Shown here in pieces: positions 49,357 through 59,058 of a DNA stretch of 64,000 nt; positions within the stretch are counted from its first letter, which is position 1; each line of letters begins with the position of its first letter. The DNA comes from Penicillus capitatus (lineage: Eukaryota; Plantae; Chlorophyta): assembly GCA_965649825.1 (NCBI GenBank), contig OZ287712.1, positions 62,001-126,000 of the forward strand, read 5' to 3'. The notes under the pieces were generated by a model, which did not search any database, had not been told where the DNA came from, and was given only the letters and a program-made list of their open reading frames with translations. Made by a program: the position numbers and the translations under genes.

Positions 49357-49719
49357 TGGCGATGATGAATGTGAACGCGGAGATAACACGCGGGAGAGCG
49401 AAGGGGATGGATGCCACTCAATGTGAAAGACGTCGAGCATGCGGCACGGAATGTGTTGGTACGTGCGCGTCGTTACGGTTCAAATGGCCATCGACGATCG
49501 GTGAGGTCTGATGAATACATGACAGCGGTTATGCGATGTGACGGGCAGACCTAGTCCTGGCGAAGGCTCTCTTATGGAAGCCGCCATCTGAATGCTCTCT
49601 GATCCATTGGGCCTTTGATTTGGTGATATGACGCAGAGCTATGCGTTTTGGACGGTTCGTTGGTTGAGGTAGCCGCTTCGCTCGCTATACACACACGCAC
49701 ACTGTCCTGTCCCGTCACA

Positions 49720-50547
49720 TCAAGAGAACATGGATGTCAGAAAGCTCGATGCAGCTTGCTGCCCATAGGGAATGTAGGTTAACACATACCTGCACACACA
49801 AACAAACACACATTTTTATGGGCACACATAATGAATGCCTGTTCTGCATACCATAAAAGGGCGATGAGTTGCAGAACAAAGAAGAAGATGACGAGCAGAG
49901 CATTTCCAACCTGTGTACCAGAGGCATGGGTAAGGGGGAATGGCTGAGAAGGTCGGTCTCTTACTGAAAAAGCAGCCCAGAGAGTTAAACACATGCATAC
50001 AAGGAAGGCACAGGTGGCTGGCAGTCGATGTTTCTTCGTCATACTCTTGACCTAAGACACCACGCATGGTCAATGGCCAGATTCTGGCAGAGATGGATCC
50101 TACCTGATTCCAGGGTCCCATCAAAAAGAACGTGCTATAACACAACAGCGTGGATAGAGGTCAGACAGCAGAGAGCAGAGGAATGGACCTGCCGACGAAA
50201 CTGAGGATGCCCAATGTGTAGAAGGTCGCAAAGATGGATAGAGTGACGAGAAAGAACATGGACTGTCACACAAATACCCAAACAATCGCATGTTTCTTAA
50301 CAGCCATAGATTCTCACGATGAGGCAGAAGAGACAGCCAAAACCGAAGCAGATGGTAAATCCCTGTAGCCTCTAGACAGAGAGGGGGGCAGCTCAGTCCA
50401 TCAGGAGGCCGTGGGGGTCGTAGTGCGTACGTGCGTTCGACTGAGCGTGGTGCTCTCGTCGAGGGATTCCCAGAATCCTGGCGCCGTGGATGACTCCCCA
50501 TCGTTAATGCCGAAAGTGGATCGGAGTTTGTCCAAGGCCCGTGCCAT
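49720..50547 (-). CDS. SFT2: Got1/Sft2-family vesicle transport protein
   Basis: Spliced LSRTHRLQGFTICFGFG, FATFYTLG...STFFLMGPWNQVKSM...RLPAT, and QLIALLWYVLTYIPYGQ. Confidence 0.88.
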
Positions 50548-50624
50548 CGATTTGTCACGAGAGATGTGACGTCACCAATCCATGAGCGTTCATGGAATCG
50601 TCTGCATGTACATGAAAAGACGTC

Positions 50625-51769
50625 ATGACGACAAAGTATGGCGTATTCTCTGAGCCGCCTTACCTCAGTCCAGGCATTACGTATCGCAAAGACGGCAAGG
50701 CACAGAAGATTACAGAATTTGCGGCGCCGAATATTAAGGCCACGATTCCACGCATTGGCAAAGTGATACCCCATTCTTCTCTGCATGCATCAGACGAGGG
50801 ATTCGAGGGCAATGATGCGACGTTTGACAAATTGAAGCCACTTTTCGAGAAAGATCCGTATCAACTGAAAACCAAGTGAGATATGCCGCATCAGGTGGCC
50901 AACCCGAGAGAGCCAGTTGCTGGTTGGTTTCAGAAGAGGAGACACGAGCCACGTGGACTGTCCGTGGAAGTCGCCATCTCCGATGAAACGTTCTTCGGGA
51001 CTGGGAGGGTTCTACGGGACCTTTGGCGGTCGCATCGAATACGTGACGGTAGCAGCGTGCTTCTACTGGATCTCGCTCATGTCCATGTGGATGTCCCATC
51101 AGCGAGGGGAGAAACCTGGAAAAAATCGACCAGAGGCATCGCCTAGAGGCATCTACACATGTCCTGCAAAGAAAGGCTCTTATGGACAGACAAAGACAAC
51201 GATGAGTCAGATCAGTAATCCACTGGGTTGGGCCCAAACAGCCGTAGACAGTGTAGGCGCTCAATAGAGCGATGCGTGTTTGGTAGGCGTTGTGTCGGAG
51301 TATGCCTATAAGGCAGATCCTTATCGGTCGCGGCATGAGATCTCGATGGAAGAGGGACGGAAGGAACGCGCGCAGCGGTGGACGGACATGCCATTCAAAC
51401 CATCCAGTTGCTGCCGATCCAAGATCTATGGTCTCCTCCCCATCGCCACACAAACGCACGCGTGTCCATGATCACGATGGGATCGCAGGCAAAGGCGTCT
51501 GTGGCGAATACGCTTACCATCCAGAAGGAAGAATCGCAACAGCGTCTGCACATAAGGTCGCTTCGGAGGTTCCTTTCAAGCCAGCTGGTCGACCGAAATA
51601 CGGCATCCCCAAAACAATCGGGAAGCTGCCCGAGTTTCTCCCGGAGGGCTCGTTGGAAGATTTGAGGAAGGTAGAGTCGAATACTCCGGCGACGGTGGAA
51701 CCGTGGAGACCGTCATCGACGTACAAGACAGATTGCATTCGCTCCATAGTCCGCATGAATACACACTGA
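50625..51769 (+). CDS. CFAP96: Cilia- and flagella-associated protein, CFAP96/C4orf47 (DUF4586)-like
   Basis: GVFSEPPYLSPG, KPLFEKDPY, GGFYGTFGG, IYTCPAKKGSYG, EYAYKADPY, PFKPAG and PWRPSSTYKT...RSI match the family pattern as I recall it. Confidence 0.7.
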
Positions 51770-51824
51770 CACTCTTGTCAAACATAATCAGACAACCATC
51801 CACCCTTGCTGACAGTGAAAGAAT

Positions 51825-53105
51825 CTACATCTGCGAAATCGCCGAGGGCGAACCGTCGTCCGGCCGAACAAGATTCTCCCGACCTTTGGTGATCTCGGCA
51901 CGGACAATACGGTCGCCGGACTGCAGCCGCTTGACGGTTTCGATACCTTTCGTGACGTATCCAATCACTGAAAAGCGCCCTTCATCAAAGGCCATTCCCC
52001 CCAAGCCTGCCGTGGATCTGTCGAATTTGAAGATAAAGGCTTCGGAAGGAGAGGACATCTCCTCTCCGTCCACGGCATGCGAAAGCGAGACAGATCCAAA
52101 GATCGACATGGGCAGCACGGGAACTTCGCCTGTCTGCACATCGAGCTCCGTTCGATAGAGCGGCTCGAATTCTCCCTCTGCCAGAATCTCTAAGGGAAGC
52201 GTCTGTTGTTGGTTCCCCCCGTTGGTACGCAGAGCTACAATGTCGCGATCGACTGCCAAGGACTGTCGATCAAAAGAGTGAGAAAGAACACTGAAAGCAA
52301 ACGATCCGGCAGATAACGGCGCCGAATATCCATCCAGCACGATCTCCACGACGTCGGATCCATCCGAGGAACTCTGCGTTTCCAACTGAAACTGCACCGT
52401 TGCGCGGCCAACCAGCCGAGGCCTGCCGCTGTAGGCCTTAGGTATCAGGTACGGCAGTCCAGGCGTCTGCAGCAGTTTCAGATCAGAAAGAGACGTCAAG
52501 ACGTCGGCAACACGGATGGAGACCCTGTCGGCATTCTGTTCGCTAATTCTAAGCTCCAGACGACCGAGAGATGTCGCAATGTCGTCGATCAATCGCTCGC
52601 CCTCGTCTCTCTTCGTCTCTGGTACCCCTTCCATCAGTCGATTCCTCTCCTGCACCAGCGTCTTTGCACTCTCAACCTTCTCCTGCATCGACCCCCATGG
52701 TTTTCTCTGCGGAATGCGCAAGGACATGGAAACGCTCTCCATTAGCCTCTACCATCACACATCCTCATTTTTGTGACAAGACAGGAGGGGGCGAGCATCG
52801 ACCTGGATTTGCAGGACGTCTCCGTTGAAAGAGGGGATCGATCGCCTCAGTGCTGCGTCCGCTGTTCGAGGAAGAGACGCCGTCGGCGCATTGAGCACAG
52901 CCAGACCGGCATCCGGAAAGGCAGAGATGCAGATCCAGTGCATCCCCACAAGTGTTCCCATCATCGCCTGCTTCCATGTCTGAATCCACCCTGGCTCCTG
53001 TCCTGTGCCCCTCACACTGTCTCTCGGATCCAGCGCCCGCGAACGAACGCACATCAGCCGGTGAACAGGTCCAGAACGCAAAGTCGGTCGCTGCAACGCT
53101 GTCAT
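51825..53105 (-). CDS. CYP37: Thylakoid lumen cyclophilin-like protein (CYP37/CYP38 family, CYP37 type)
   Basis: Bipartite transit peptide, then SLPRTADAALRRSIP, PRLVGRATV, LDGYSAPLSAGSF and GLGGMAFDEGRFSVIGYV, with one intron. Confidence 0.85.
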
Positions 53106-53118
53106 GGTTCTGCTCCTG

Positions 53119-53322
53119 CTAGTTTGGTGGCTTCGTGTCGGGGCCGATGTCTCGCGAACCTGTGTTCAGATAGGCACCGCGTCGCACGGCGGCCGTGTTG
53201 AGATTTCCCTTCGCGTTTGACGTTCTGGTCGTCGCCGACAGGTAAAAGGGAAGAGCGAAGGCGGCGCTTATGAATCCGAGCAGAGAAACCACGACCGCAG
53301 CGTTTCGAGATCCGAATGTCAT
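53119..53322 (-). CDS. Small (67 aa) conserved single-pass membrane protein
   Basis: MTFGSRNAAVVVSLLGFISAAFALPFYL...RRGAYLNTGSRDIGPD. A TM helix plus the AY(I/L)NTGSRD(I/V)GPD motif I recall from small plant and protist proteins. Confidence 0.7.
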   Translation of the reverse strand: MTFGSRNAAVVVSLLGFISAAFALPFYLSATTRTSNAKGNLNTAAVRRGAYLNTGSRDIGPDTKPPN

Positions 53323-53324
53323 TT

Positions 53325-55613
53325 CTACCACGGAGAGCCTGTCCAATCGCGAGACGTCTCGCTGCCAAGGGATCCGCGGAGATAAGGACCGCCCGTGATG
53401 ATCTCTCCTCTCTGCTTCATCTTTCGAAACCTCTTGAGATCCACTTTGACGAATGGCACCGTCTCCGCCTTGAAATGGTTGGCCACATTGGCGGTGCCCT
53501 TGAAAGTGTGATACGGTGCGGTCACCCCAAAGAGCAGCTTCCTGTCGATCGTCATGGCCACGTAGAGCGTTCCGCGCAGCTTAAGTTGCCCGAGGACGGA
53601 CGGGACAAGGGACTGAATGGTGGCGTCCGGAGGAAATCTCGACCAGTAGCGATGCAGAGCGGTGGCTTTGTTGACGGCTCTGAGGTACTGAACGTGATCG
53701 TGCTGCGCATACTTCGCAGCTTGGGTCCTCTCCAGTGCCCTCTCACACCAGACACTCGCGGACGAGGGATCCACATTCCTCGCAACTGGAGCCGACGTCG
53801 AGTAGCGTCGAACGCCCGTTCCTCCGTACGGAGGGTGGCCCGTGGGGCGAAAGCGGTTGCCATCGAATCTGCGCACCCGTTCTTCGCGTCTCTGTTGCTC
53901 CTCCCTGGACATCAGTCCCCCCGTCACGAGACCGTTCGCGGGAGATGGCCGACAGCACTCACTGTCTGAGGTCCGACAAGAAATCGCCGTCCTGTGCTTC
54001 GACATCGAACTCCGAGGACATCCGTCTCCACGAGTCCTCTGCCTTCGACGGCGCAGCCGACGACATTGGATCGTGTCTGGGAACCACATGGACCCTCTCC
54101 GCCGGCTTCTCGGATCTCCTCTTCTCCCTCGGTGGACTCTCCGGTGCCGGTGGAGGGGGTCCTTTCAACGGCGTATCCCTCAGAGCATTCTCGTAGTGCT
54201 GTTTGCCGCGAGGGGGAAAGTCGTTGATCCACTCGTGCTCTCTGTTAAGCGACTTGAGCATCTTGCGCCCTCCGGATGTCGATCGCAGCTTCCTCATGTT
54301 CTCTTCGTGCTCGTCGGCGATCTCCTTCTGCCGTCTCGGATCTTCCGCGTGGGGAACCTCGACGTCGTCCGATTCGTAGAAGTCGTCTTCCTGTATCTGA
54401 CGCTGCGCCTCCTCCTCGATCAACTCCGCCGTCATCGGCATGGACTGTTTTCCGCTTCTGGGGCGATCGTAATCCCGCATCATCGCGGACACGTCCGCCA
54501 GTTCCTCCATCTCCTCTTCTCCTTCTCGGATCATGCGCTCCTCGTCCCAATCCGAATCCCGATCCTCTTCCGAACTGATCTCTTTCTCCGTCAAGAACTC
54601 GTCGGCCGAGAAGCCTCTGTCGGCCGTCGACAGCTTTTCGTCCGATCTCTTCTCGAAGCGCTTCTTGAACGTGTCGGGGTGGATGCCGATCTCGGGATCC
54701 GGTTCGCGGAAATCGACCTTCTTCGCCTCGCTCCTCCCCTGCTGCTTTCCTCTCCCCGGTCGCGTGATCTTTGCGGCCGCGTTCGGATCGACGAAGAGCG
54801 GACTCCCTTTTCGCTGCAGATTCCTGAACTTCTTGTCTTCCGTTTCCTCGTCCGTATCGTCGCCGCGGTCAAACCTCCGTCCTCTCTGGTTTCTCCCCGC
54901 GGGTTGTCTGTTTCTCCCCCTCTGACCGAAGACCTCGTTGAACTCGCGTTCGTCTTCTTCCGAATCTGTCTCGCTCTCTTCGGCAAACGACGGATCCGAA
55001 TCGGCCCGAGACGCCCTTCGGCCCCTTCCACGGGGACGCAGCTCGTTGCCTTCGTCGTCGTAGTCTCCATCCTCGTCATTCCCTCCGCCAAAGTAGATGT
55101 CCTCGTCATCCGTGTCCGTGAAGTCTGCGTAGAGTGCCGCCTCCGGATCGGTCGCGGCGGGCATCTCGTTATCCTTGTAGCTCTCCCTTGGATCTCTAGT
55201 CACACAACAGGACTCTCAAATGCACCAAGGGGTCGTCCTGTCGGGATCCACCGTCCGAATCCTCCTCTGACCGGATCGAAGAACTCGATGTCTCTTCGAC
55301 GTCCGTCGATCAGCGTCTGCTTCTGTCCATACTTGTTCCGAGCGTGATAGTACTTCAGCTCGTCGAAATGCTTCGCCGGTCTGCCTTCCAGACCAAAGGG
55401 ACTCTTCTTGTACCCAATGATCTCCTCCTTGCGACGCAACGCGTACTGCGAGCGTTTGCCCGGTCCCTTCTTCCTTCCGCCGAAACGGCGGGTTAGCAGT
55501 GCAGGGATCGACACAGTGTCGTCCCACGCGCCGAGGGGCGACGCGGCGACAACACTGCACAGAATCGAACGCCGCCTGGACTGGAGGACGTCCGTCCGCA
55601 GCAATCGAAACAT
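53325..55613 (-). CDS. Hypothetical organelle-targeted (mitochondrial-like presequence) protein of about 700 aa with a highly charged low-complexity middle
   Basis: ORFs 55200-55613, 53959-55203 and 53325-54089 join through two GT-AG introns of about 55-60 nt (CG|gtggat...ctag|A and CA|gtgagt...ccag|G). Arg-rich N-terminus MFRLLRTDVLQSRRRS. Confidence 0.65.
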
Positions 55614-55657
55614 CTATCTGAACGCGTCGTACGACAATCCCGTCCTCCCTTTCAACC

Positions 55658-56203
55658 ATGATGCTGCGTCGTACACTTCGGCTTCGGATTCCACCACGTC
55701 TTCGAGGCGTCTTCACGTTTGACGGATCTCCCAGCCCATCCGACAAGACATCCAAAGGCAAAACGCCCTCGCCCCTGGACGTCGACGCACTCATGGCAAA
55801 GATTCAGGAGACAAAAGCGCAGATGTCTCGAAATGGATACATCCGTGGTGGCACCATGACGAAAGATAGTCGCCCTCCAGGCCAAGAAGTACAGTACAGG
55901 AAGAAACTCAAAATGGGACCACGGGAGAAGTACATGTTCAAGAAGATGCGACAGCGTGAAAGAGATCGGCCGCCGCAGAATGATCCAGCTTCTGATCTCA
56001 CTCCACTCTACGAGATAACGCGACCGTGGTCTGGGTTCTCGCCACTAATGGATCGAAAACAAAAGAAGAAAATGAAAGAAGCGACGGGGTCAGAGTACAC
56101 GGAACGTGGACAGCACTCGTTGGCGAAAAAGGCTCCGGAAAATCTACGGTGTCGTCACTACTCTGTCGGTTTTACGAGCCGGATTCCGGAAAGGTTCTTC
56201 TGA
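55658..56203 (+). CDS. Hypothetical basic protein with mitochondrial-like presequence; its 3' end runs into the duplicated ABC fragment in another frame
   Basis: 181-aa ORF MMLRRTLRLRIPPRLRG.... The last 35 codons derive from arm B sequence (56098 onward). Confidence 0.5.
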   Translation: MMLRRTLRLRIPPRLRGVFTFDGSPSPSDKTSKGKTPSPLDVDALMAKIQETKAQMSRNGYIRGGTMTKDSRPPGQEVQYRKKLKMGPREKYMFKKMRQRERDRPPQNDPASDLTPLYEITRPWSGFSPLMDRKQKKKMKEATGSEYTERGQHSLAKKAPENLRCRHYSVGFTSRIPERFF

Positions 56204-56802
56204 ACGGTATCCCGGCTGACCAGTTCGACAGGAAAGACTGGAACTCCGCCGTCGCGCTCGTCAGCCAGGAGGCTGTGCTGTTCAGAGGAAGCATCTACGA
56301 TAACATCTGCTACGGCAGACAAGAGGGCGCAACGATGAAGGCCGTCGTCGAAGTCGCCGTCTCCGCCAACGCTCACGAATTCATCCAAGAACTCCCGGAG
56401 GGCTACAACACCAAGGTGGGGGAGAAAGGAGTGCTGCTGTCCGGGGGAGAACGACAACGCATTGCCATCGCGCGGGCGTTGCTGAAGGATGCTCCCATCG
56501 TGCTGCTGGACGAGGCGACGTCTTCGCTGGATCTGCGGAGCGAGGCGAAGGCAAGAGAAACTGCAGCAGCAGATAAAAATCGTGCTAAAATGTGCAATGC
56601 GTGTTTCTAGGTTCAAGAAGCGTTAGATCGGTTAATGGTCGGCCGGACGGTAATGGTGATTGCCCACCGCCTGTCGACGATCAAGAGTGCAGACGTCATA
56701 GCCGTACTCAAAAATGGGTCCGTCGTTGAGAAAGGGACACATGACGAACTGATAGCAATGGATAGTCACTATGCGCGACTGGTGTACTCGAAAAGACTGT
56801 GA
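56098..56802 (+). pseudogene. 5'-truncated copy of the ABCB28 gene (NBD only, no TMD)
   Basis: HGTWTALVGEKGSGKS...LSGGERQR...DEATS, the same GC-AG intron (56551-56610) and the same last exon. No upstream TM exons and no evident start codon. Confidence 0.75.
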
Positions 56803-56871
56803 TGCCACACGACCACTGTCCATCTTCGCGTGTCTCGAACAGATTCCGAAAGGCCGCCGTCACTTCTTGCG

Positions 56872-58261
56872 TCACTTGCTCTCCTTTCTGTAGTACAGGA
56901 CGTACTCTTCGATCAGGCTCCGGATGCGCATGCCGTCGGAGAGTATAAAATCCGCCGTCTCTTCCCTTCTGTGGGTGGCCAGAACCTTGTCGAGGGCTCT
57001 CCCGACGATCCTCTTGTAGGTTTCCCGCTCGATCAGCCCCGCCGCAAAGTAAGGGTCCAAGATGCGCTTGATGAACAGCAGCAATTGCTGCCGCTTCTTC
57101 GAACGAGGATCGAGGCGGTCCTGCTTCGATTGAGACCGCGGAGGCTGTCCGTGCCGACCGGATGCACGGGGATCCCGACCAGGTTCACTCGTCGGTTCCG
57201 TTCTGCGCTGCTTCGCCGGTCGCTCGACGGACGTCAAGTCGCGACCCGATCTCAAAGATGCGTCCGACATGTGCGTCGGACTCGTCGTGCTCTCGCCGCT
57301 CAACGAGTGATTTGGACCATGCCTCCTCGCCCTCGTCGGGACGTCGTCGCTGATGGATCGCATCTCCACATCTGCAGACACGTGCGTTGACGCAACGACA
57401 CAGGGACGAGGAGAGGGACCCCTGTCGGTCTCCGGTGCCACCTTCTGGTCTCTGCTGTCCGAGGCGTGAGTGATCGCGACGTCGAGACTGGAATTGACCG
57501 ATTCCATCCGGTTGATCGCCTGATCCTTCCAGTAGCAGTCATCCACAAATCCGGGGCAGGCATGCTCGGCCCGCATGGTCCTCACGTAGTTCTGCCACAC
57601 CATCACATCTTGTCAGAACAGTCACCCGACGACGTGCGATTCGGTGCGACTACTGTTTCGTTGTAGGTCTTGGCGTAGATGCTGGCTTCGTGACGGCTCG
57701 CTGCTTCCACCGCTGCACTCCTCAGCGCCTCGTTCTTTTCGATCTCCTGAATCACGCACCCGCATTCAAGGAGCGCCTTATGCGTGTCTGTTTGCCTGGA
57801 TCCACTCGTTCTTTCCTTCGAGTTGCCTCCTCTGAAGCAGCAGACAGAGGTACTTCGCCGAGAGCTGATTCACCTCCGTCTGCCTTGCGATCTTCGGAAC
57901 CTTTTGGCCAATCCTGTACCGTATGTAAGGACGCTCGACCGGCGGAATGGACTCGAACAGCTCCTTGTCTGCGGCGACAGAAATCGAATCGCCAGGGAGA
58001 CCGGCGATGTGCAGCACCGCTGAGTGGGGGCTTCGAAACGGAAGGCGTCTGCTTGACCTCGACGTGTGGCACCTTGACGGTTCGAGAAGGCGAAGGAACG
58101 GGAGGGGGTGGCTCGAACTCGTAGTCGTCGTCGATACAGCTGAGAGCGGCCAATACCAGTTCCCTCCCGTTCTTCCCAAACCTCGGTGCCGCTCTGCAGG
58201 ACTCGGCCAGCTTCGTCAGCGTATGCAGGACGCAATCGTCTTCCTTCTCTTCGTCCGGCAT
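56872..58261 (-). CDS. SRI-like domain protein, copy B (intact, near-identical to copy A)
   Basis: The 244-aa ORF 56872-57606 differs from 37688-38422 at only a few residues. Upstream exons are mirrored. Confidence 0.55.
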
Positions 58262-59058
58262 AACGTCGTGAAAAACGTTAAAATGAAAAGACATGTCACA
58301 GACGAGAGCGTGTATGTTCGCGACCGTGCGTCTCGAGGCCGTTCGCAGCTGTTGTGTTCGGGATCTGAGCACTGAACAGTGCACGTGCGTTCTTCTTATG
58401 ATGCGATGAGAAGTCGGCGGCCTATTCGATGCGGTTCAAGCTCGGTGTCTTGACGGATGCTGACCGTCGAATGGACGATGAAGATGTTGATCCGTGTCTG
58501 TTTCGCCCTGCGAGCCGCGAACTTCGTGCAACGGTTGTCTAACCGTTCAGCGACGAGCACCACACGTCATATACGGCTCCGATGTTTCAAGGGCAGGATT
58601 GAACGTCGTGTGTTTGACGACGCATGGATCGCACAACCGCCGTAAGAGGGTGCACTTGCCGCCGCCTAGAATCTTCAAGACACGCCGTTGAGGTTTATTG
58701 AATCGATACTGAGTGCTTAAGCGACATTCATTCGAGAGCGAAATTAATAAGATGCACGCCGTTATGGAGTGAGTGCTCTTCTTACGGCATGAACAGCAAT
58801 TGTTATGAATCCGGCGAGAGCACTTTTCTCTGTGACGCAACGATGCGCGTTTTTCGAACATTTCGTTTTCCGCGTCTCCGTAGCGACGTTGGAGAGAGGG
58901 AAGAGTCGAGAGCGTGACTGGTTTTCCAAGCGATTGGGTATTTGTCCCCTTCCTTTTTCTTCATCGTTCGACACATCTCGGGAAATACCCGATTGTATTT
59001 TCGGACCCCGCGTCCCAATAAAGCGCCCGGTAGATTGAACTGGACAGAGAAGGGCTGT

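Larger units (their letters stand above)
56098..58640 (-). repeat. Arm B of the inverted segmental duplication
   Basis: Reverse complement of 36647-39200. Homology to the third copy continues to about 58750. Confidence 0.95.

Noticed and set aside
53842-55347. 501-aa ORF on the + strand opposite the charged hypothetical gene
   Set aside because: It is an antisense shadow of biased, low-complexity codons on the minus strand, with a typical Leu/Val/Arg-rich artefact composition.
58948-58962. Match atttgtccccttc shared with the 86-bp island
   Set aside because: It is only 13 nt with no flanking similarity, so it is compatible with chance.
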